A DNA stretch of 32,000 nt, from assembly GCF_000020385.1 (NCBI RefSeq), contig NC_010814.1, forward strand, positions 1,740,001 to 1,772,000, written 5' to 3'. Shown piece after piece: positions 1-7,509 of this stretch. The position numbers and the translations under genes are program-made. The notes under the pieces are model-generated. The model searched no databases. It was not told the DNA's origin and saw only the letters and a list, made by a program, of their open reading frames with translations. The stretch is from Trichlorobacter lovleyi SZ. GTDB lineage: Bacteria > Desulfobacterota > Desulfuromonadia > Geobacterales > Pseudopelobacteraceae. Each line of letters starts with the position of its first letter. Position 1 is the stretch's first letter.

Positions 1-2411
1 TCGGACTTGATGAAAATGACATGGATACGGTTTTCAGCACCCGCCGTCATTATCTGCAGCATGCCTCCCTGCGTCAGTTTTTGACTGTCCTGCAAGAGAC
101 CTATTGTCGTGAAATTGGTGTGGAGTTCATGCATATCCAGAACCCTGATGAGCGGCAGTGGCTGATTAACCGGATGGAGCCTGTTTTGAACCGTCCGCAA
201 CTGAGCGTGGCAGAACGGCTACTGGTGATGAAAAAGCTGCATGAGGCAGTTTTGTTCGAATCTTTCCTTCATCGCAAGTTCCCCGGTCAGAAGCGTTTTT
301 CGCTTGAAGGGGGAGAGTCCCTGATACCGGTTCTGGAGATTCTGGTGCAGGCCTGCTCTCAGGCAGGGGTGACGGATTTAGTGATGGGAATGGCCCACCG
401 GGGACGTCTGAATGTACTGGCCTCCATTTTTGGTAAGCCCTATGAAGCTATCTTTGCTGAGTTCAGAGAAGCCGAAGCCGTTACTAACGGTTTCGCTGGT
501 GATGGTGACGTCAAGTATCATAAGGGCTATTCTACGGACCGTCAGCTTTCAGACGGTATGCTCCATCTGGTACTTGCCTCGAACCCCAGCCATCTGGAGG
601 CGGTGGATCCGGTGTTGGAGGGGAAGTGCAGGGCGCGTCAGGACCGTTACGGAACTGATGGGGAAAAGCGGGTGCTTCCGCTCCTGATTCATGGTGATGC
701 CGCTTTTTCCGGGCAGGGGTTGGTGGCAGAGGTTTTGAATATGTCCCAGCTCGACGGGTACCGTACCGGGGGCACGATTCATATTGTCATAAATAACCAG
801 ATCGGCTTTACTACGTTCCCCCGCGATGCCCGTTCAAGCCGCTATGCTACCGATGTTGCCAAGCTGCTCGCCTGTCCGATTTTTCATGTGCATGGGGAAT
901 CTCCCGAGGCTGCAGTTCATTGTGTCAGGCTGGCTCTGGACTATCGTCAATCCTTTGCGCGGGATGTTGTGCTTGAGTTGATCTGTTTCCGTCGTCGCGG
1001 CCATAATGAAGGTGATGAACCGTTCTTTACCCAGCCGGTCATGTACCGCACAATTGCTGAACGACCAGCAGTGAACCGGATCTATGCCGATAAACTTGTT
1101 GAATCAGGGATTGAGCGGGTGTTGTTGGATGATATGGCTACTCAGATAACGAACCGTCTGGATGCAGCTTTTGCAGCTTTGATACCGGAACTGCGATCCA
1201 TTAGCATCGGGTTCAAGGAGCAGTGGCAGGATCTGGGACGGGAATATCAACCGTATGATCAATCTACCGGCTTACCAGTTATACGCCTGAGGCACCTGGC
1301 AGATGAGATTACCACCATGCCGGACCATTTCAGGCCCCATCCCAAACTGGCGACCCTGCTTGAAAAACGGCAAGAGTCGCTACAGGATGGTATTGGCATC
1401 GACTGGGGGACTGCCGAGACGCTGGCCTATGCCTCATTACTCTCCGAAGGTCACTCAATCCGCCTTTCCGGTCAGGATTCCCGGCGTGGTACCTTTAATC
1501 ATCGCCATGCAGTGCTGTATGATCTTGATGACGGCCGCCCCTTTATCCCTCTGCAAAAAAGTGCTGCTGCCGGAGGAAGTAGTTTTCAAGTCTATGACAG
1601 TCTACTGTCAGAAAACGGTGTGCTTGGGTTTGAGTATGGCTACTCGCTTGAAACACCAAATGGACTTACCCTTTGGGAGGCTCAGTTCGGTGATTTTGCC
1701 AATGGGGCTCAAGTGATCATTGACCAGTTCATCGCCAGCGGCGAGACCAAGTGGAACCGTGCCAGCGGTCTGGTTATGCTGTTACCTCACGGCTATGAAG
1801 GGCAGGGGGCTGAACACTCCAGTGCCCGGATTGAACGCTATCTGCAGTTGTGTGCCAGGAACAACCTGGTTGTTACCCAACCGTCAACCCCTGCCCAGGT
1901 TTTCCATCTGTTGAGGCGCCAGCTTAAGCAACCGTTCCGGAAGCCGTTGATCGTATTTACACCCAAATCGCTTTTGCGAAATCCTCTTTGCAGCTCTTCT
2001 CTGGATGAGCTGATGGAAGGGAGCCGTTTTCAGGAGCTGCTGATTAGTGGAAATTTGCATACGGCGCGCCGCTTATTGATTTGCAGTGGCAAAATTTACT
2101 ATGAATTGCTGCGCAGGATAGCCGAACAGGGGAATGACGACGTTGCTGTGATCAGAGTTGAGCAGTTGTATCCGTTACGCACAGACTTGTTGCAGAATGC
2201 CCTGCTGCGATGCTCACCCGGAACAGAGCGGCTCTGGGTCCAGGAAGAACCTGAAAATATGGGGGCCTGGAGCTTCATGCAGCAGCATTTGCAGGCACTG
2301 CCAGGTTCCCTGCGTTTTGTCGGTCGTGAAGCTGACAGTTGTCCTGCCGTTGGTTATCACCGTCTGCATGACGAGCAGCAGCAGATGATACTTGCGAGAG
2401 CGTGCAGCTAA
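1..2411 (+). CDS. sucA: 2-oxoglutarate dehydrogenase E1 component, 5' end cut by window edge
   Basis: The frame is open from nt 3 (GLDENDMDTV...), so the ATG at 21 is internal. E1o signature stretches are present: GMAHRGRLNVL, GDVKYHKGYS, LLIHGDAAFSGQGLV, EAQFGDFANGAQVIIDQFIASGETKW, LLPHGYEGQGAEHSSARIERYLQ. Stop TAA at 2409-2411. Confidence 0.92.
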   Translation, partial: GLDENDMDTVFSTRRHYLQHASLRQFLTVLQETYCREIGVEFMHIQNPDERQWLINRMEPVLNRPQLSVAERLLVMKKLHEAVLFESFLHRKFPGQKRFSLEGGESLIPVLEILVQACSQAGVTDLVMGMAHRGRLNVLASIFGKPYEAIFAEFREAEAVTNGFAGDGDVKYHKGYSTDRQLSDGMLHLVLASNPSHLEAVDPVLEGKCRARQDRYGTDGEKRVLPLLIHGDAAFSGQGLVAEVLNMSQLDGYRTGGTIHIVINNQIGFTTFPRDARSSRYATDVAKLLACPIFHVHGESPEAAVHCVRLALDYRQSFARDVVLELICFRRRGHNEGDEPFFTQPVMYRTIAERPAVNRIYADKLVESGIERVLLDDMATQITNRLDAAFAALIPELRSISIGFKEQWQDLGREYQPYDQSTGLPVIRLRHLADEITTMPDHFRPHPKLATLLEKRQESLQDGIGIDWGTAETLAYASLLSEGHSIRLSGQDSRRGTFNHRHAVLYDLDDGRPFIPLQKSAAAGGSSFQVYDSLLSENGVLGFEYGYSLETPNGLTLWEAQFGDFANGAQVIIDQFIASGETKWNRASGLVMLLPHGYEGQGAEHSSARIERYLQLCARNNLVVTQPSTPAQVFHLLRRQLKQPFRKPLIVFTPKSLLRNPLCSSSLDELMEGSRFQELLISGNLHTARRLLICSGKIYYELLRRIAEQGNDDVAVIRVEQLYPLRTDLLQNALLRCSPGTERLWVQEEPENMGAWSFMQQHLQALPGSLRFVGREADSCPAVGYHRLHDEQQQMILARACS

Positions 2412-2432
2412 AATCTTCTTGGCCTGGTTGTG

Positions 2433-2461
2433 TTGACAAGCGTTGGTCCCCCATGTAAAAA
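2433..2461 (+). promoter_or_regulatory. Candidate sigma70-type promoter (TTGACA-N17-TAAAAA) for the 2492 cassette
   Basis: TTGACA at 2433-2438, 17-nt spacer, TAAAAA at 2456-2461, about 30 nt upstream of the ATG at 2492. Sequence match only. Confidence 0.35.
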
Positions 2462-2473
2462 AGATTAATCTTT
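2460..2473. promoter_or_regulatory. Perfect 14-bp palindrome AAAGATTAATCTTT overlapping the putative -10/+1 region
   Basis: Read directly: 2460-2473 equals its own reverse complement. The position suggests an operator; its function is not established. Confidence 0.3.
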
Positions 2474-2491
2474 CTAAGAAAACAGGTACGC

Positions 2492-3868
2492 ATGATCAAT
2501 CTGCTTTTCATATCTAATAGTCCGCGGGCAGAGCTGCTGCGGGTACACTTTCAACAGATACTTAAGATCCGTATTGATGTGGTTGAAGATTTTGATCACG
2601 GTCTGAAAGACGTCTTTGAAAAACGCCCGGTAACTGTCTGTATCCAGGATCAGATTGTCGGCGTAACCGGTGAGAGTGTAGCGCGTCATATCCAGTTACT
2701 GCTGGGAAATGCTGCTCCCAGCTTTGTCCTGATGCATGAGGGGAACGCGAAAGCTCGCCTTATATCGGGGCTTTTCAATCATCTGATTGACCTTAACGCC
2801 CCCTTTGAGCTGGTCTGTGAAAACCTGCGCAAGGCGTTACAGTCTCTTTTGGGTGAGCAATGGGGCATGGTGTACAATGCACCGCCCGAGCCGGAACCGG
2901 TACAGCCCGAACCCGTTGCAGATCTTGCCCTGGCGGATCAACTGGTAGATGATTTTATTGCTGAAACATCTATCTTTAACCCTCGTAATGCTCCTGCGCT
3001 GCCGACGTTGGAGACTGATTCCACTTTAATCTCAGATAGCCTGATTGAGCGTCACCTGCCCGGCGGACCTCCGGCAGAGCCAGATGCAGCACGAACTGAA
3101 CCGTTAGAACCGTCTGAGATAGTACCGTCTGCCGAATCTCCGGTACTTGAACATAAACCGTTGGTGGAACTGGAACAGCAACGGCCGGTCCGTCAGGTTC
3201 GGCAGACCCCGCCTGCACCTCCGGAACTAAAACATCTACCGGTTGAGTCCGATGATGGATCGGTGCCGGTGGAAGAGCTGCTGCAGGCCTTTGAGGAAAA
3301 CTACCGTAGTCGAAAACGCCTGATCTGGCGAGTTTGTGGTGCGGCAGTGGTAATGCTGCTGGCTGGATTATTGCTGTTTTGGATGAAGCAACGGGGCGGA
3401 ACCCCCAAAGCGCCTCCTCCGGCTGGCAGACAACAGCTGTCATCGGTTCAATCGCAGCAACCGGTGGTGCAGCCGACTGTCAGCTCAGCCGGACGGCCAG
3501 TTGCACAAAAGACGGATTCGCTCCCTTCATTTATCCCGGCAAATAGGCGCGATGCTGCCTACTCCAATAAAAAGCCGGGTTGGTCCCGCTACCAGTCAGA
3601 GAAGCGGGATTACCGCCTGTTTCATGCTGATGGGCGATTAAAGGCACTGCAAGTGCTTGTTCTCGGAGACGGCAGTATCGCCCCGGCAGAGCTGAAACGG
3701 ATCTTGCGCGAGCTGGCCGGTACTGATCAGTTTCTTGTTGACCGCAAGGAGCTAAAGGCGGGCGTGTGGCTTGAACGCGCGAAACTCTCCGGCCAGGGGG
3801 ACTTGTTGATTTATCGTTCAAAGGCAAACGGGCCGATCAAGGCCTTTGTGTTTGCACGTACGCCATGA
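2492..3868 (+). CDS. Hypothetical bitopic membrane protein (receiver-like N-terminal domain, Pro/Glu-rich linker, one TM helix, C-terminal periplasmic domain)
   Basis: 458-aa ORF starting at an ATG. The N terminus MINLLFISNSPRAELL... resembles CheY beta1/alpha1 but lacks the acidic pair. A long PEPEP/PAPPE-type linker follows. There is a single hydrophobic helix (CGAAVVMLLAGLLLFWM). The stop overlaps the next ATG (ATGA at 3865-3868). I recognise no family. Confidence 0.6.
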   Translation: MINLLFISNSPRAELLRVHFQQILKIRIDVVEDFDHGLKDVFEKRPVTVCIQDQIVGVTGESVARHIQLLLGNAAPSFVLMHEGNAKARLISGLFNHLIDLNAPFELVCENLRKALQSLLGEQWGMVYNAPPEPEPVQPEPVADLALADQLVDDFIAETSIFNPRNAPALPTLETDSTLISDSLIERHLPGGPPAEPDAARTEPLEPSEIVPSAESPVLEHKPLVELEQQRPVRQVRQTPPAPPELKHLPVESDDGSVPVEELLQAFEENYRSRKRLIWRVCGAAVVMLLAGLLLFWMKQRGGTPKAPPPAGRQQLSSVQSQQPVVQPTVSSAGRPVAQKTDSLPSFIPANRRDAAYSNKKPGWSRYQSEKRDYRLFHADGRLKALQVLVLGDGSIAPAELKRILRELAGTDQFLVDRKELKAGVWLERAKLSGQGDLLIYRSKANGPIKAFVFARTP

Positions 3869-5190
3869 GGGTGTTATCTGCCATGATTTTATTGCGCTTT
3901 TCTTTGTTGCCACTACTTTCTCTACTCTTGATTGCCGCTCTTCTGTCCACCGGTTGCTGGGCCATGGATCCCCGCTTTGAGCTGGACCCCGCGCAAGTAC
4001 AAAAGAAATCAATCCATACTGATGGTCCCAAGAAGCCTGCTCGCAGGGCATCCCGCCGGTCAGCCAAGACTCAACGCGGAGTCCTGGCATTGCATAAACA
4101 TGCTGTTGAAAAAGAACAGCCCGGTTCAGTCCTGCAGTTGGCTGCAGCAGGTTCTCCTGCTGCCCCTGACCAGCAGCAGATACGTGTATTCTGGGATAAG
4201 CTGGTTCCGGCAGGTATGTCTGCACCGCAGCCGCTGATCTTTAAATCAGAAGTATTCGATCTTGCAATCGACCCGACTCGCTACCCGCTGCTCAAGGCCG
4301 CTGATGGTCGTACGTTGCTGCTGGATACCGGCGGGACGCTGCCTCCGCTGGTGCGTACACTGATTCAGGAAAAAGATCCTGGTATCCGTATCATAACGGC
4401 CTCACCTGCAGATGGACGCCGGTTTCTGGGAGAACTTCTTGCGTCGGGAGGGTTTTATTCGGTTGAGGAGCAACCGGTAATGACCTTTGGTAAAGACCCG
4501 CAGTTAAAGGTACGCAGTGATTTTAAGGTTGAGCAGAGCGCAGAGAGTGTCATGCGCAATGAGGTGATGCTGATCAGTGCCGCCCGGCAGGGATACCCAC
4601 TCCGTTTGACTGAATACCTGAAAGGGCAGGGGGTGAAACTGCTTGAACCGTTTGCTGAACAATCCGCTTCCCCGGTTCCGTTACGACACCGGGTGGTTCG
4701 TACTGCCTCCCATGATCCTGCACAGGTTATTGACCTACTGCTTGAGACTCTGGCTGCGCCCGCTGAACGCAATAAGCGTGTTGAGTTGTTCAAGACTGCA
4801 GAAAGCGGTATCGGACTTTCTGTAGCAGCAGAGCGCTACTTTGAACGGGGTGGCCGCCGTTATGTAGTGGCGCGTTTTACCGGTGATCCGATTACCTATA
4901 CCTTGTTTCGACTCCTGGAAACCAAGGGGTATCGGGTAGTCATTCTTGAACCCCATGATAGCTTTAACACGGTGGCGAGCAAGTTGTTGTCCCGGATGGA
5001 TCTGCCTTCACGTTATTCAACCCATCAACTGATGACAGGCCCTGGGGGGCAGTATTCATTTGAAATGTCCGGGTTTATGCTTGAAAATACGGCGTCAGAT
5101 GGTGGTTCTGTCATGCTGACAGATAGACCGATTGAGTCTGCCATGCGTGAACTTTTGTACGATCATGGCTATCAGGTGCAGGAGCGATAG
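3865..5190 (+). CDS. Hypothetical exported protein (signal peptide, possible lipoprotein)
   Basis: 441-aa ORF with N terminus MRVLSAMILLRFSLLPLLSLLLIAALLSTGCWAMD: a hydrophobic core followed by STGC / CWA, which is a non-canonical lipobox or an SPase I site. Its start is coupled to the upstream stop by ATGA. I recognise no family. An alternative start is the ATG at 3883. Confidence 0.6.
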   Translation: MRVLSAMILLRFSLLPLLSLLLIAALLSTGCWAMDPRFELDPAQVQKKSIHTDGPKKPARRASRRSAKTQRGVLALHKHAVEKEQPGSVLQLAAAGSPAAPDQQQIRVFWDKLVPAGMSAPQPLIFKSEVFDLAIDPTRYPLLKAADGRTLLLDTGGTLPPLVRTLIQEKDPGIRIITASPADGRRFLGELLASGGFYSVEEQPVMTFGKDPQLKVRSDFKVEQSAESVMRNEVMLISAARQGYPLRLTEYLKGQGVKLLEPFAEQSASPVPLRHRVVRTASHDPAQVIDLLLETLAAPAERNKRVELFKTAESGIGLSVAAERYFERGGRRYVVARFTGDPITYTLFRLLETKGYRVVILEPHDSFNTVASKLLSRMDLPSRYSTHQLMTGPGGQYSFEMSGFMLENTASDGGSVMLTDRPIESAMRELLYDHGYQVQER

Positions 5191-5197
5191 GGCAGAC

Positions 5198-7132
5198 ATG
5201 ATTACCAAACGTCTTGGAGAACTGTTGATTGAACAGGGCCTCATCAGCCAGGAACAACTGGATGAGGCACTTGAAATGCAGAAAATGTTTCCGGATCAGA
5301 CCGTAGGGCAGCTGTTATGTCGTCTGGGGTACATCCGGGAGAGTGACCTGTCATTGGTACTGGACCAGAAGAACAAGCGCCGTAAACTGGCCGATATTCT
5401 GTTGAAGGAAGGTATGATTGACCAGCAAAAGCTTTCCCAGGCCCGTGAGCTGAGTCGCCAGAATGATATCCCGCTTGAACGGGCTTTGTTGAAGCTGCGC
5501 TTTATTGATGAAGAACAGCTTGCCCGGTCTGTTGCAGCACAATTTGACCTGCCCTATGTAGAAATTCATTCCATCAGCCTGGATCCTGATCTGTCTCGCT
5601 ATATCAGCTCGGTATATGCCCAGAAACATATGCTGGTGCCAATTTCAATGATCGGCAATACCTTGACGCTGGCCATGGCTCAACCGTTACGGCATCATGA
5701 TATCAGGCAGCTTGAGGATAATATCCGTCTTAAGATTATCTCGGTAATCGCCTCTGAAGCCAGTGTCCAGCGTGCCCTCAAAATGCTCTATAGAGTCGAT
5801 CTCTCATCCAGCAGCAGCGCCATGGACGAGGTAAATCTCGATCTGGTGCCGGACAGCATTTCCGAGCTGTTGAACAAAACCTCGGCTATCGATGAACCGG
5901 AGGTTGAGGAGGAGGTTCGCAAGGTAACGGAAAAAGACTCCGTTATTGTCAAGCTGGTTAACAAGATTATTTATGACGCCTATATGAAGAAGGCGTCAGA
6001 TATCCATATTGAACCATATCCAGGTAAGCGTGATGTAACGGTCCGTATCAGGATTGACGGACAATGCCTCGTCTACCAGAAAATACCCTACAAATATAAG
6101 TTTGCTATTCCTTCACGGATCAAGATCATGGCAGATCTTGATATTGCTGACCGCCGCAGGCCGCAGGATGGCAAGATCGATTTTAAAAAGTTCGGACCTC
6201 TTGATATTGAGCTGCGGGTTGCCACGATGCCCACGGTGGGACAGTTGGAGGATGTCGTCATTCGTATCCTGACCAGCGGTGAGCCGATATCGTTTAATCA
6301 GTTGGGCCTGACCGAGCGCAATCAACAGGTTTTTGAGCGTTGTCTGCAAAGCCCGTATGGTCTGGTGCTGGTGGTTGGGCCTACCGGCTCTGGTAAGACC
6401 ACGACACTGCATTCAGGGTTGGCCATGATCAACTCGTCAAACCGCAAAATCTGGACCGCGGAAGATCCTGTTGAGATCACTCAGATCGGTTTGCGTCAGG
6501 TCCAGATCAACCCCAAAATAGGTTTTACCTTTGCCTCTGCGTTGCGTTCGTTTCTGCGTCTTGACCCGGATGTAATCATGGTTGGTGAGATGCGGGATGA
6601 AGAAACAGCAGGCATTGCGGTGGAAGCCTCGTTAACCGGCCATCTTGTTTTTTCTACTCTACATACCAACTCTGCCCCTGAAACCGTTTCCCGCCTGTTG
6701 GAGATCGGGTTGGATCCCTACAGCTTTTCAGATTCATTGCTGTGTGTCTTGGCACAGCGCCTGGCCCGGCGATTGTGTTCGCATTGCAAGGAAGTGTACG
6801 TGCCGACTCAAGCAGAGTTGGATGAGTTGTTGGAAGAGTATGGGCGTGACGCCTTTGCTGGTACCGGTATTGATCTGAAGAGTATTACCTTGGCGCGAGC
6901 ACATGGTTGTGAACAGTGCGGACAGTCCGGCTATCATGGCCGATTGGGGATTCACGAAGTTCTGGATGCCTCTGATCATCTTAAATATCTGATTAAGCGA
7001 CGAGCCGATACTGATGACATTCGTCTCCAGGCCATACAGGACGGCATGACCAGTCTTAAGCAGGATGGTATTTTGAAAGTTTTGCAAGGTTTGACAGATA
7101 TTCATGAGGTTAGGAGGGTTTGCATCAAGTAA
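5198..7132 (+). CDS. PilB/GspE/MshE-family secretion ATPase with extended MshEN-type N terminus (second extension-type ATPase in the window)
   Basis: Walker A GPTGSGKTTT, Walker B DPDVIMVGEMRD, His box TGHLVFSTLHTN, tetracysteine CSHC...CEQC, T2SSE_N-like region FDLPYVEIHSISL...LVPIS. The N terminus starts MITKRLGELLIEQGLISQEQLDEALEMQ. I prefer the ATG at 5198 (GGAG at 5181-5184) over the track start at 5132, which would overlap the upstream gene by 59 nt. Confidence 0.9.
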   Translation: MITKRLGELLIEQGLISQEQLDEALEMQKMFPDQTVGQLLCRLGYIRESDLSLVLDQKNKRRKLADILLKEGMIDQQKLSQARELSRQNDIPLERALLKLRFIDEEQLARSVAAQFDLPYVEIHSISLDPDLSRYISSVYAQKHMLVPISMIGNTLTLAMAQPLRHHDIRQLEDNIRLKIISVIASEASVQRALKMLYRVDLSSSSSAMDEVNLDLVPDSISELLNKTSAIDEPEVEEEVRKVTEKDSVIVKLVNKIIYDAYMKKASDIHIEPYPGKRDVTVRIRIDGQCLVYQKIPYKYKFAIPSRIKIMADLDIADRRRPQDGKIDFKKFGPLDIELRVATMPTVGQLEDVVIRILTSGEPISFNQLGLTERNQQVFERCLQSPYGLVLVVGPTGSGKTTTLHSGLAMINSSNRKIWTAEDPVEITQIGLRQVQINPKIGFTFASALRSFLRLDPDVIMVGEMRDEETAGIAVEASLTGHLVFSTLHTNSAPETVSRLLEIGLDPYSFSDSLLCVLAQRLARRLCSHCKEVYVPTQAELDELLEEYGRDAFAGTGIDLKSITLARAHGCEQCGQSGYHGRLGIHEVLDASDHLKYLIKRRADTDDIRLQAIQDGMTSLKQDGILKVLQGLTDIHEVRRVCIK

Positions 7133-7140
7133 CAACAGTT

Positions 7141-7173
7141 ACCAGAGGATGATGCATATTGTGTCTGGTTTTT
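7141..7173 (+). terminator. Weak candidate intrinsic terminator after the ATPase gene
   Basis: ACCAGA (7141-7146) pairs with TCTGGT (7164-7169) around a 17-nt loop, followed by a T run to 7173. The stem is short and the loop long, so confidence is low. Confidence 0.25.
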
Positions 7174-7215
7174 GAAGTGCCACACTATCTAGTGTTAATT
7201 TTTCTATTTTTATAT

Positions 7216-7229
7216 AATTTTATAAAATT
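7216..7229. promoter_or_regulatory. Perfect 14-bp AT palindrome AATTTTATAAAATT abutting the -35 box
   Basis: Read directly: self-complementary, and it ends 2 nt before the TTGACA at 7232. Could be an UP-element-like or operator sequence. Confidence 0.3.
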
Positions 7230-7231
7230 TG

Positions 7232-7259
7232 TTGACAAAGAATAAAAACGCGCTAAACA
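7232..7259 (+). promoter_or_regulatory. Candidate sigma70-type promoter (TTGACA-N16-TAAACA) for XRE-pilMNOPQ
   Basis: TTGACA at 7232-7237 and TAAACA at 7254-7259, inside a markedly AT-rich 158-nt gap, about 32 nt upstream of the ATG at 7291. Confidence 0.35.
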
Positions 7260-7262
7260 GGA

Positions 7263-7282
7263 CACAACTTGTCAGAGTTGTG
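7263..7282. promoter_or_regulatory. Inverted repeat CACAACT-N6-AGTTGTG between the putative -10 and the XRE start codon
   Basis: Perfect 7-bp arms at 7263-7269 and 7276-7282. This is typical geometry for an HTH-dimer operator or a short 5'-UTR hairpin. Confidence 0.3.
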
Positions 7283-7290
7283 AGATACTT

Positions 7291-7497
7291 ATGAAAACAC
7301 CAAACAACGTAAAAATACTGCGAGAAAAAAAGTTGATGAGCAAGTCCGAGCTTGCGCGTAAGGCTGGCGTTTCCACGGTCACCATTGATCGGATAGAACG
7401 TGGCGAAAGCTGTCGACTTGAAACGATGCGCAAGATCATTTTAGCTCTCGGCTATACGCTGGAAGACCGGGATAAGGTATTCCAAGAACAGGGATGA
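7291..7497 (+). CDS. XRE-family helix-turn-helix transcriptional regulator (68 aa)
   Basis: Sequence LREKKLMSKSELARKAGVSTVTIDRIERGESCRLETMRKIILALG fits the HTH_3/Cro-C1 pattern (S-x-x-E-L-A-x-x-x-G-V-S...I-x-x-I-E-R-G). The stop lies 12 nt before pilM. Confidence 0.85.
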   Translation: MKTPNNVKILREKKLMSKSELARKAGVSTVTIDRIERGESCRLETMRKIILALGYTLEDRDKVFQEQG

Positions 7498-7509
7498 CAG
7501 GTACGGGTC

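Noticed and set aside
2412-2491. sucA is not followed by sucB/lpdA, as it is in the classical sucAB operon.
   Set aside because: Gene order varies and the partner genes may lie upstream of the window or elsewhere. This cannot be evaluated from the fragment.
5132-5197. The track start of the ATPase ORF at 5132 (MSLPCVNFCTIMAIRCRSDRAD...).
   Set aside because: These 22 codons overlap the end of the upstream gene, are Cys/Arg-rich and unlike any PilB N terminus. The ATG at 5198 begins exactly at the conserved MshEN motif.
7166-7180. Sigma-54-like spacing TGG-N10-GC (cTGGtttttgaagTGCc) upstream of the XRE-pilM operon. It is tempting as a PilR/RpoN target because pilA is missing.
   Set aside because: Only the GG/GC dinucleotides and their spacing match. 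The -24 (TGGTTT vs TGGCAC) and -12 (GTGC vs TTGC) boxes are poor. GG-N10-GC occurs often by chance. The site overlaps the weak terminator-like hairpin. It would need RpoN ChIP or start-site mapping to revive.
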